Shown here: one piece after another, positions 12,101-23,091 of the stretch
Layout of the letters: each line of letters begins with the position of its first letter
Numbering within the stretch: position 1 is the first letter of the stretch
Assembly: GCA_051294375.1 (NCBI GenBank)
Contig: CM119271.1
Span: forward strand, 13,073,039 to 13,137,038
Reading direction: 5' to 3'
DNA length: 64,000 bases
From: Paraspadella gotoi
Lineage: Eukaryota; Animalia; Chaetognatha
The notes under the pieces: generated by a model
Databases searched by the model: none
Told to the model about the DNA's origin: nothing
The model's input: only the letters and a program-made list of their open reading frames with translations
Program-made: the position numbers and the translations under genes

Positions 12101-14289
12101 ATTAATTTTTTATATATTAAATATAGTTTTTGTAATTTTTAACCCACTTAATAAAAGAATTTTTAAAAATGATTTATATTTTCTTTTATAAACTTTTAAC
12201 GAGGAATTCAAATCTGCATTTAAAATTAAGAAAAGCTTATTTTGAAATTTTTCGATTTTATAAGGATAGTACTATATATAAATATAGCATACTGCGAAAA
12301 TTAAAAAACATAAAATTAATTTTTTTTACAAATTAATGTTCACTGATGGTATGTTGTTCATAATTGACCTTTAAAATTTTCGTACGTAACTTTCACTACG
12401 CCTTAATGAACAGGGAACACGGTAAGTTATATTTATTTACTTCTTCCCCGATTAATGAATTTTTAAATTTTCTTTTAACAATAGGCACAACCGATATGCG
12501 AATTTGTCCAATATTCATTCATAAGGTATTAGGCCCATGACTTTGGAACATTCGACGTCCAGCTATTAAAAATCTTTTATAGCAGGACTTTTTTTCCATC
12601 GATGTCCCCTTGCTCTGGCTCCTGAAGCAGCAGACTAAAACACACGCCCAAAACTCATCTCTTTTGCTGCTTCCATCGTCGGTTCATGCGTCACTCCCTT
12701 CGTCGTCGCTCTCACCGTCGCAACTGCTTCCTCCATCGTTCAAATCATCGTTGTTGTTTCTGTCGATCTCTATCCTGACCGATGAGAGTCTCCCATAAGC
12801 CAGAATTTTTTTGTTGTAAAAGTAGCATAGGGAAAGACAACCCTAATACCTAACCCTAACCATAATCCCTAATCTCTATTCTCTAAACTAACCTTATCCC
12901 TAACCGCAACCCTAAACAATTAATCCTTGTTCAAATTATCGTCTTTTTTGTCGATCCCGATCCTGACTCTGACTCATCCAGCCAGAGAGAGAGAGAGATT
13001 CGCTGCTCCGTCATACGGCAAGGGGGCATCGAGGAGCTCTTCGCCAAACGGTCAAACGAGATTCTCACATTCCAGATTTAATAAGGCATTGGGCTCTTTT
13101 CCGAGAGGGCCCCTTTTCTGGTCGTCATATTCCCAGAATTTAATTTTAACTTTTGTATTTAATCAAACCTTTTAGTCCACCATACTCCTTAATTTTTAAT
13201 CCCTAACCATGTAAGAGATGATTATCTAATATAATCTTAAATGAGATTGAATTTCTTAATCTCATTTACATATTGCAGTATTAAATCTAAACGTGTCTAT
13301 TTTCATTATGGATTTCAAAATTACAAATAACCTTATTCACAACCTAATATTTTAATTACAAAAAAAAAAAAAAAAATTAACCCAATTTATATTTTCAGAA
13401 TTCTTTTGGAAGATAAAGCCCGACATTGAAATTAATTTCATTCCCCCCCCATTTTAGTTAAGCCCGAGCAACCGAATTTGGATCAGATTGAGGAGGAATA
13501 CGAGGACGATGAAGGCGACGGCGGCGGCGGCGACGCCAGCGGCGGCGGCGGACGCCAGCGGCGGCGGTGCCCCAGCGGCGGCAGCGGCGCCAGCGGCGGC
13601 AGCGGCGCCAGCGGCGGCGGTGACCCAGCGGCGGCAGCGGCGCCAGCGGCGGCGACGGGGGCGGCGCTGGCGGCGTAAAGGAGGAGAAAGACGACGCCTA
13701 CTTGGAAAGAAGACGAAAGAACAACGAATCCGCCCGGAAATCGAGAGAAAAAAGAAGAAAACAAGAAGAGGAAACTTACGACAGATTTAGAATCGAATCC
13801 AGTAATTACTTAGTTATGACGAATCATGTAAGTTTTTTTTAATCTTTTTTTTTAATGTTTTTTTAATCTTAACCTTTCTTTCTCTCTCTCTCTCTGTCTC
13901 GTTCATCCTTTTATGATCACTTTTCATTTTTGGGATAAAATTTCACTTCCTCCCCCTTTCATCTTTTTCTCTCTCTCTCTCTCTTCGATGGTCACAAGTA
14001 CTTATAATTACGTTTAAATTCGTTCGTTTACCTATGCGAGTATCTTTAAAAACAATTTAAAAATCTTAACATACAATTAATTATCTTTCCTTGTTTTATT
14101 TTACTTCATTGCCTAATTTAAACTTCTATTTTTATCTTTCTTCAGATTGTCTTGCTTCAGAAAGAGATTATCCGTTTGAAAAGCCTTGTGAACAGTCTGG
14201 ACCGAAAATCCGAAGAATCAGTCCCGGATAACCGTGATAAAGAAAATGGTAATGAAAATGGCAAAGAAAATTATGATGGTAATAAGTAA
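6190..14289 (+). CDS. Large bZIP transcription factor (PAR/C-EBP/giant-like basic region), multi-exon
   Basis: Proposed exons: 6190-7020 (frameshifted by indels), 7541-7594, 7649-7678, 7824-7843, 8834-10934, optional microexon at 11806, 13458-13827, 14146-14289. Splice phases are mutually compatible. The C-terminal exons encode KDDAYLERRRKNNESARKSREKRRKQEEE...NHIVLLQKEIIRLKSLV. The small exons and the linkage of the 5' exons are inferred from phase only. Confidence 0.65.
6365..6875 (+). repeat. Full-length 18-bp coding minisatellite (copy B), indel-rich
   Basis: Roughly 28 units of ccggcgccgcaa(ggt/tat/gat)ggt. Frame-hopping in all three ORF tracks indicates single-base indels. Confidence 0.9.
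7942..8745. mobile_element. Non-autonomous hAT-like DNA transposon (MITE), intronic
   Basis: Termini CAGGGATGC...GCATCTCTG (8/9 inverted match). Perfect 8-bp TSD ATTAAGTC at 7934-7941 and 8746-8753. Subterminal CGCCTC motifs at both ends and an AT-rich core. Confidence 0.9.
8834..10934 (+). CDS. Large (2.1 kb) low-complexity Ser/Gln/His/Asn-rich exon, probably of the bZIP gene
   Basis: About 700 open codons, acceptor tttttttcacag|ACA at 8833/8834 and donor CCAG|gtaatt at 10934/10935. Internal degenerate HQE/HQD repeats. Confidence 0.85.
10941..11578 (+). mobile_element. DINE-1/HINE-like non-autonomous Helentron-type element
   Basis: Sub-terminal inverted repeats gtcggatctgc (10945-10955) and gcagatccgac (11547-11557). 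An adjacent inverted copy at 10962-10973 forms a 5' hairpin. (GTCC)n-type microsatellite at ~11080-11120, short 3' stem, T-rich flanks. Confidence 0.7.
11816..12405. mobile_element. Fold-back MITE with 8-bp TSD
   Basis: Termini TAAGGCGTAGT...ACTACGCCTTA, with the two halves imperfectly inverted along most of their length. TSD ATGAACAG at 11808-11815 and 12406-12413. Confidence 0.9.
12599..13032. mobile_element. Inverted-repeat element with degenerate (TAACCC)n core
   Basis: tcgatgtccccttgc (12599-12613) vs gcaagggggcatcga (13018-13032), 14/15 inverted match. CCCTAA-like array at ~12838-12916. Confidence 0.5.
13209..13316 (+). repeat. ~108-bp dispersed repeat with internal hairpin (second copy 56630-56738)
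   Basis: Near-identical sequence atgtaagagatgattat...aaatgagattga...aatctcatttacatattgcagtatt at both loci. Confidence 0.85.
13458..13827 (+). CDS. bZIP basic-region exon, preceded by an acidic and Gly/Ser-rich tract
   Basis: Acceptor attttag| at 13457 and donor CAT|gtaagt at 13827. The frame from 13672 reads GVKEEKDDAYLERRRKNNESARKSREKRRKQEEETYDR, with the invariant bZIP N-x7-R. An apparent 1-nt deletion near 13627 lies in the GGC repeat. Confidence 0.85.
14146..14289 (+). CDS. Terminal exon carrying the leucine-zipper portion of the bZIP
   Basis: Acceptor tttcttcag|ATT, phase 0. Reads IVLLQKEIIRLKSLVNSLDRK...GNK* with TAA at 14287-14289. Confidence 0.75.
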   Translation: MVLLQKEIIRLKSLVNSLDRKSEESVPDNRDKENGNENGKENYDGNK

Positions 14290-15697
14290 TTATGATAGAT
14301 CTTTATATATAATTATATATATACATCTTCATGAAAGTAAATCTTTCATAAATATTACAACTGCCGATCTAAAAGACTACTGAAAATGATCCGTATTAAC
14401 GATAAAAACTTTCGTTTGTATTTAGTTAGTTATTTATATAGCCCTTCTATGTATTTATTGGCCAGTATTTGTACTTTCATACCTACACAAAATTACGTTT
14501 GATTTCCTAATCTTTTTTTTTTTGTTAATCAATTCATTATAGTGGACTAAAATCCACTAACCGTAGCAGAGAAATGGCGGACCCCTTCACAAGTTTTTTT
14601 TTGGCTGCCCCACCCCCAGTTCATCCCACCCCTTTACTATTAACTTAATAACTTAGAAAGAATAAGTTTTGGGCCCTTTTAAAATAAATACGATAATGTG
14701 TAATTTAAAAGAGTTCCTACAGATACCAAAAAAAAAAGGGTTTACAAAATTAAAAGCTTAAACTTTTACTTTTTTTATATAAATATTTTCCCGTCCCCTT
14801 CAACAAGAGCACGGGCCCCTCGACTTTGTGTGGGGTATCTATCCCTCTACACGCCACTGCTTAGTCAATGCCTTTTTTTTTTTAAATTTCCCCCTCATTT
14901 CGTAGCGTGTATATTCATTTCTTTTTTGTTGTTAAAAAAATTCGATATCCTGCTTTTCAAATAGGAATTGGTTTAAATGAACCAACTTACGTTTTAAATG
15001 CTTATAACTCGATAAGGTCAATCGAGTTCTTATTTGACGATGAAAAAAAAGAAACAAAAACATGACTTGAATAAATTTCTGGTCATATGATCATTTTTTA
15101 ATCTATGAAATACCGAGTCATTTGAATTAATCGTTCGTGAAGTGTGTGATACCTTCGTTATGCGTTTCCCATTCCCACTTGTCAAATCACGCGATCACAC
15201 GGAAATCAATCCGGCATCGTGAGTTCTTCTATTGAGTTTTGATTTACTAACTGATTACGTGACGTTGTTAAATTGTTTACGATTTTATTCGGCTCGCCAA
15301 ACCGGCCAGGTCTGGGATCAGGGTGAGGTATTGAGTTAGGGATTTGGTAAGGGATTTGGTAAGGGATTTGGTAAGGGATTAATTTTATTATGTTAGGATT
15401 TGGGATTAAGATTTAATGTTTGGATCTAAGTTTAAGGATTATGATTAAGGATTAGAATTAAGGATTACAATTCGGGATCAGGTTGTGGATTAAGAATAAG
15501 AATTGAATTATGGGGCAGTCGGGAAAAGCGTGCCACTTAACTTTTCGTAAATTCGATAAAATTAATATTTTTAAATAAAAATGCCATTTAATCAGTTAAA
15601 TTTAACATTTTTGTTCGTTTACAAATGAAATTATTAATTAATTTCACGCAATACTCTTCCATTATTTGTTATTGTTGTAGTTGTTATTACGAGTTAC

Positions 15698-15887
15698 TTT
15701 TACTTTCGCCGACCGGGGATATGGAGGGGTTAGGGTTAAAAGTGGTTTAGGGGTGGTTTTAAGGTTAGGGGTAGTTTGGGTGAAAAGGGTTTAGGGTTAG
15801 AGTAATTGGGATAATATTTTTTTTAAAAATAAATATTTTTAAATGGTTTTTTATAAGACGCCAAAACCGCGGTCAGCGAAAGTAAAA
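15698..15887. mobile_element. Small TIR element with degenerate (TTAGGG)n core
   Basis: ttttactttcgccgaccg (15698-15715) vs cggtcagcgaaagtaaaa (15870-15887), 17/18 inverted match. gggttagggtt motifs inside. Confidence 0.75.
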
Positions 15888-16973
15888 TTTAGCCGTTCTT
15901 ACTTTAGTTCAGTTAGTATGTTTCATAGTTTTTCGTTTCGTTATTTTTCGTTTTATCTTATTACCTTCTTAAAGGTATTGTTTCCACGTTCAATTTGTCT
16001 TCTTATCAATTAACACTACGGTTCTTTGGAGAAAAAAAAACCCAATTACTTATTTATACAGAAGTCAAAATTAATCGCTAATCAGTAGCGAGAGAAAGAT
16101 ATATTGTACTGTATTTGTAGTAATCGAGATTAAGATTTAAAGTCTTGGAGGAAAAAATCCACTTTTGATTTTAGTGTTCAGGAAGCTTTTATTCGCTTTT
16201 TTTTAGCTTTTATTCGATTTTATTTTGCTTTTTTTCGGAGTTTTACTAAAGACGAAGGAGAGAGAAAGAAGTCGAACCGAGAAAGAAAAAAGTTTTCAAA
16301 AAATAATTTCGACAACTGACATACGCGAAAACCCTTCTCACACAAATTTCCTCCTCACACAAAACTTTTTCTAACTCCGGGCAATTTTTCTTATTTTTGT
16401 ATAGATTTCTGTATTTTTTTTTTATTCGTGCGTAAAACAGAAAATAAAACGATGTATATAAACTTTTCTTATCCGTGAGATTTTCTTTTTTCTTAAAAAT
16501 TTTCTCCGATCTCTGCATCGAACAAAAAAACTTGTGTAAATAAAGAACAAAAAATTGAAATCAATATCACGATTTGGATTAAGAATAGTAGCGCTGAAGC
16601 CGGAAAGGTCGGGGCAATGTGTGTGAGAGCGAATGTGTCGCGCAGAGAGAGAGAGAGAGAGTGACAGTCAGGCCTTTACGAGGGAATCCTAAGACAGCCA
16701 CGATTTTTCACAAACCCTCTGAGGCATAAAGATCACATTTTTGTTTTCTGTGAACGAAAAAGAAGCGCAGGTTTTTACCCTCGTGAAATGTGATCGAAAT
16801 TGTCTCCGCAGGAAATCGCGGGTTGAGAGGGGAAAAAAGGAAAATCTTCACGGGTCGTGAGGTCCGATTATCGGTGAATTTATTTCTCGCATCGATTTTG
16901 GTCACAGTTGGTTCATTTTCGTATAAAAAACCGAAACAGTTGGTAGAAAACTAAGGTAAAAGCGAGTCCCAGG

Positions 16974-17160
16974 TATATAGGTTTCCCCGGAATGTCTGGC
17001 GGGGGGGCGGGTGTGTTAACGATTAACTCTGGCCAATCAGAAACGTGAACCACGAGGCGTCGACCAATTAGAAAACGAATAGGACGTCGCGATCTTTTTG
17101 CGGATCGAACGGCGGGATCCAATGAGAGGCCGAGTTTTAACTGTCTCGTCCAATGAGAAG
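16974..17160 (-). promoter_or_regulatory. Pol II promoter-like module: four CCAAT boxes, GC box, TATA-like element
   Basis: CCAAT at 17033, 17064, 17119 and 17150; ggcgggggggcggg at ~16998-17011; tatata at 16974-16979. The order implies leftward transcription. Confidence 0.55.
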
Positions 17161-17391
17161 GTAACTATGTTTATAGACGGTGAAAGTAATAAGAAACCAT
17201 AGCCTGTGTGGCCAGGGGGAGGGTAACTCCAGGGGGTAATGAATTAACGAAGAGAAACATTTTTTTGTAATAAAAAAATATCGAATTAATTATAATTTAT
17301 TTTTAAAAAAACGGAAAAGACAATTATCGACGAAACGAAGCTAACAAATGAGATGCCCCGTCGGGTGTTTTCCTGGCCGAGATTTTCTACG

Positions 17392-17427
<36 letters not shown>

Positions 17428-17454
17428 AAAGTGAAGAGCCGACGAAAGCCTCGT

Positions 17455-20400
17455 TCAAAGCATCGGAAGCCTCGGCGATGAGCGCAAATAGGTCATGGGG
17501 CCAAGGGGCCGGCTGAGGACCGCTCGGATGTACGAATCTATAATTAGATATAATTTTCCGCCCAAAATTTCTTTACAATGTCCGTTTAACTTCTATAANN
17601 NNNNNNNNNNTTACAATGTCCGTTTAACTTATATAAATGCGTTAACCCTTATTTTAACTTCTTTAAATAAAACTATTAATCATGAAACTGCGATTTTTAA
17701 ATTTTTTTTTCATAAGAAAAAACAAGAAATTATCGCGAGCTTTTTTTTTTATTTAAATATTTTTCATACATTCATTTGACATCAATGAACAAAAGAAGAA
17801 AATGTTGACTCGATTGATCAGAACCTAACATCTTTTTCTCGGTTTTTACGATTTGAATCATTCGGTCAGTGGCCGCTTCATGTCGTCGTCGTCGCTTGTC
17901 ACGTGACACTGCCCACTTTCGACCTCCTCGCGTCGATGATCGCGTAAAGATTTTTTTTTTAGAATAATATTTTTTAAATGAAATATTATTTGTAAATAAT
18001 TAAAAAGTTAATGTCTTTCGCCTAAATTAATCTCCTTTCCATTGTTTCATGAAATTTTTGAGTCCGAGTTGATCGACTAGAGATTTTGGCTCCGTGAGAA
18101 TCGCGTTAGACAAAAGGCGCACGCCCTGGCGGACACAGCCTGAATTAAAATTAAAGAATGCGTTAGACAAAAGACAAACGCTCTAGCGGACAGGGCATAA
18201 ATTAGAATAAAAGAATATGTTAGACAAAAGACAAACGCTTTGGCAGACAGGGCCTGAATTAAAATTAAAATTAAAATTAAAATTAAAGAATGCATTAGAC
18301 AAAAGGAGAATGCTCTGGTGGAAAGAGCCTGAATTAAAATTAAAGAATGCGTTAAACAAAAGACAAACGCTCTGGCAGACAAAGCCCGAATTAAGATAAA
18401 AGAAAAGACACCTTTGTCAAAAGCGGAGGCGGAAAACTGGGATGAAATTTCTGGTTTGATTTCGTCATCGATTTCGTCGAATTCGACGGAAACTGAAAAA
18501 AAAAAAAGAAACAATGAATGTTTGCATTCACTTATAGGGCGTGGCGGTACGGCACCGGGGAATGACTCGTCAGTCGCTCATTCCCATCAATTCATTCAAT
18601 CATTATGGTGACGTTTAGTCAAATAACGAGGGTAAATAATAAATGGCAAAGAATTTGGTTGACAAGTTTATTGATGACGGAACATGATGGAAGGAGACGA
18701 GCAACCAAGTCCGTTTATAGGTCCATTCCGTTGATGTTATCATCAAACTCTTTAATCGCATAATCGCATCATATGGTGGACTAAAATCCACCAAGCCGTT
18801 CATCAGCGGCCATTGGTGGCCGGAGGCAAGTCATTCCCTCCCAACCCAAAGGTCCGGGTTCTAGCCCGGTGGCCGCCTAGCAGTTAAGAGGGACGGGGCG
18901 CTTAACCCGCCTGTAACACGGTGTTACAGCCTGATCCGAGCTCAGGAATGCTTGTATATTGAACGGTTCTGTCACTAACACTTAACAATAATTACTGTCT
19001 CGTCAATCATTAAATTTCACAAATCCGTCACTTGTCTAACTTTTCTCACTCGTTCAAAATCCTCACCTAAATTCTTGGCTCCATCCTCGTTCGTCTCCAT
19101 CGAAGGCGCCTTCTTCCCCGATTCGACGCCGCCCGATTCCACCGACGCCGCTTCCTTGGGGATTTCGATCTTCGCCGCGCGGAAGACGGCGCCGCAACTC
19201 GTCGTCGTGGTCGTCTCGTCCGCCTCATTTAAAATGCTTTATCAAAAGGAAAAAAAATTGTTAAGATTATTGTATTTGACTCATATTTCTTGTTTAATAA
19301 AATAATCATAGAAAAAAAGATTGACAAATCCACATTAACTTATAACCTCATTAGTCCGACGTCTACGGGGCTTTCCTTGTTGTTGTTGTGGTTGTTGTTG
19401 TCCTTAATGCCGGACAAGTCTTCGTCGAATTGTTCGATTCCGGGAGGAGAATCTACAAAAACGAGAATAATTAAATAATTACTAATTAGGGTATTATACC
19501 AATAAAATCATGAATTATTTAGCTACTTATTGACCCACAAACTAACATGATCATTTATCAATGTTAAATAACAATATTACATCTTAAAGGAAATGGAACA
19601 GAATCTTCCGAATAATAATTCAAAATACGAGAATATGCAAATATGATTGAGGTACATTGAAAAAGTCTTATTTAAAACTGATTCAAAAACTATTTTGCTA
19701 CATAATAATGCGTAAATATCGAGTTTTAGGTCACGCCATACGCAAACTAGACTTATATATTCTTTTAAAACAATTAACAAAGGATAAACTTACTTTCTTT
19801 ATTCTCGCAATTTTGATTTTCTTTCAGTTTACACTTCATCTTTGGCCTCATTTCCGACGGCAGCATTTCTGAGAAAAGGAATGATTCATATGTGAATGAT
19901 TTTATTTTTGTGATTGTGATGAATGATTTCCTTTCCTTTCCTTTCCTTTCCTTTCCTTTCCTTTCCTTTCCTTTCCTTTCCTTTCCTTTCCTTTCCTTTC
20001 CTTTCCTTTCCTTTCCTTTCCTCTCTTTTTTCCCAATCACTCCCTTCTCCCTTCTTCATGCCACTCCCAACCCAAAGCAGACGAGGGCCGCCGCAGCACG
20101 ATGCTCGGAGAGTCGAATCCCGAGAAGAGACACGAATTCACGCAAAGAGAATCGACTCCATCCTCCGCTCCGCCGTAGCTGCCGCCGCTACTGCCGCCGC
20201 TACTGACGGCGCCGCTTCCCCCGCTGATGCTGCTGCCGCCGAAGCGAATTCCCATTCCAGCGTTCAGCTGCCGCAACCGACGCAGCAGAGCCGAAGACGC
20301 CGAAGGAGTGGCCGCCGCCAAGGTGGCGGCTGGCTCTGCTGCGGCGGGCGCGGCGGGCTCTTCCGCGGCGGGGACAGGGGCGGCGACGGCGGCGCAGTTG

Positions 20401-20591
20401 TTGTTCTTATCGCCGACGGAGGACGTCGACTCCTCGGAATTGTTCCAACTCCACCAACGAGATTTTCTCTCTTCGCTCTTGTCCACCGATTTGAGTTGTT
20501 CTCCCTTCTCAGCCCAGTTGATGCGTTTCCTGGGCGGCGGATGATGTTGGGGGAGAAGAGTGAAGAAGTGAAGGGATTGGGGCTTAAGTCG

Positions 20592-20625
<34 letters not shown>

Positions 20626-21917
20626 TTTTGTCTGTCAATCTCTCCTGGCGGTCGGTTAGCTTAGTGCTTTTTAGTTTATTGTTTTTTGTCTGTATTGTCT
20701 GTCTCATCTCTCTGTCTCAGCAGTCTTGTCTGTCTTGTCTGTCTGTATTGTGTATATGTCTTTAATGCCTTTTATCTCTATTATCTACTTCGTTTGACTG
20801 TATTTAAGTAATGTTAGTAAATCTATTTGTCAATTTCTGTGTTTGTTATAATTCCTTGAGACTCGTTGTCAGTCTTTGTATCCGTCTCTCCGACTGTCCG
20901 TCCGACTTTTCCACCTCATTTCGTCATCTCACATCTCACGTCATCTCACGTCTCACGTCATCTCACATCTCACAGAAAAGGAGAACGAGCATTTAACGTC
21001 GCGGTTGCTGTCCTGTTGTCTGTCTGTTCTGTCTGTTCTTCTTTGTCTCTGTCAATCTCTCCTGGCGGTCCGCGTTAGCTTTAGTGCTTTTTAGTTATTG
21101 TTTTTTGTCTGTATTGTTCGCCTGTCTCATCTCTCTGTCTCAGCAGTCTTGTCTGTCTTGTTGTCTGTATTGTGTATATGTTTTAATGCCTTTAATTCTA
21201 TTATCTACTTCGTTTGACTGTAATTAAAGTAATGTTTAGTAAATCTATTTGTCAATTTCTGTGTTTGTTATAATTCCTTGAGACTCGTTGTCAGTCTTTG
21301 TATCCGTCTCTCCGACTGTCCGTCCCCGCCCGACTTTTTCCACTCATTTCGTCTATCTCACATCTCACGTCAATCTCACGTCTCAACGTCATCTCACATC
21401 TCACGTCTCACGTCATCAGCACATCTCACAGTCATCTCAACATCTAACGATTCTCACGTCATCTCACATCTCACGTCATCACCGTCAAATCTCACAGTCT
21501 CACGTCATCTCACATCTCCAACGTCTCACGTATCTTTCACCTCCACGTGATCTCCACGTCTCAACGTCATCTCACATCTCAACGTCTGCAACGCATCTTC
21601 ACAATTCAACGTCCTCAAACGTCCATCTCAACATCTCACGTCATCTCACATCTCACGTCTCACGTCCCTCTCANNNNNNNNNNNNNNNNNNNNNNNNNTC
21701 ATCTCACATCTCACTTCATCTCACATCTCACGTCTCACGTCATCTCACATCTCGTCCTTAAATTTCCCAAGATCCACGAATCCGCCGCCGGCGCCGCCGC
21801 CGCCTTCCTGACCCAACTTGAGGGCGATGTCTGGGTCCTCGTCCGCGGTCGTTTCCGTCAGGCGGACGCAGCGAGGCTCCGGCTGATAGAGACAGAGTCA
21901 AAATGAAGAAAGAGAGG

Positions 21918-21951
<34 letters not shown>

Positions 21952-23039
21952 CAGTCTCTCACCGACACAATTTGCTTCTTCAATTCATTCAGTTCGTCCA
22001 ACTTTTCTTGGTCGAAGCGAAATTCTCCGCCAGGCGACTCGATGATGCCATTGTAAGCTGGGTCGCCTGGCATCAGGCGCTGCTTGGCGCCTGTTGGGCG
22101 GAGAAGGGGGAGAGGCGAGGGAGGGGGATGAAAGAGGGGAGAGGTCAATGGGGGGGGTGGAGAGACGGTGATGGGGAGAGAGTATAGGCAAGCAGACGAC
22201 AATGACGATGACGATTAAAATCACGAAGACGAATATGTTCGAGTTTTTTAATCTCATTTACATATTGTTGTAGTTTAGATTATTTCTCGTATATTTTGAT
22301 TAGATTTTCTGAGAAGTCAACGACGACGATGACGACGAAGACAATTACGAAGATAATTACGAAGACAAGGACAATGACAACGACAAAGAACAGGACGATG
22401 AAAAAAAAGATGACAAAGAGAATGTCAACGACGCCTTTAAAAACAACGGCATCTCTCGTCTTCCAGCTCCAACTGATCACCTTCCGTCAGCTCCACTTGG
22501 ACTTCAGCGTATCCGTCGTAGCAATCACCCTGGTCGCATCTTCCGTAATCGTCCGTCACGCACGTGACCTGAAGAGGAGGAATCAATCAATCAATCAATT
22601 AATCGATCAATCAATATAATTACATTTATCTATCTTCTCAATCAATAAAAAGGTTCAAAGCAATCATGAAAATTAGGTCAAATCAACAAATCAAGTCAAA
22701 TCAAATGCAATCAAATCGACCAATCAATCAACAAAAACAGTCAAATAAGCCAATCAAATTCAAATCAATCAATCAATACTCTACCGAAACTTCCGGAGTG
22801 TCGAAGAGCTTGTTCCCCGTGTAAGAGTCAAAGAGACAAATTTGCTTTTTGGGTTTCGGCATTTGAATTTTACATTCGGCGCTGATTCCTTCCGCGTTGG
22901 GACAATCACCCTGCGTTCAAATGACATCAGATATTTTATATTTATAATCTTTAGACATTACACAACTTAAATAGAACATAAGAAGATCTATTTACTTTTT
23001 TATTTAATATTTCTCGTCCTTTTCATTCCCCCTTCATTT

Positions 23040-23091
<52 letters not shown>

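Noticed and set aside
12485-12525. Additional small bZIP-gene exon (GTTDMRICPIFIHK)
   Set aside because: It ends in phase 0 whereas exon 13458 needs phase 1, and I found no bridging exon.
17425-17540. GC-rich patch with CTGAGGA and CGAAA suggestive of a hammerhead ribozyme or ncRNA
   Set aside because: The core motifs are not arranged with supporting stems. It is explained as the in-phase terminal exon of the - strand gene.
18806-18930. Functional tRNA gene or twister-like ribozyme
   Set aside because: No pairing anticodon stem and a 6-nt T-loop. I could not build the twister pseudoknots, so a SINE head is the simpler explanation.
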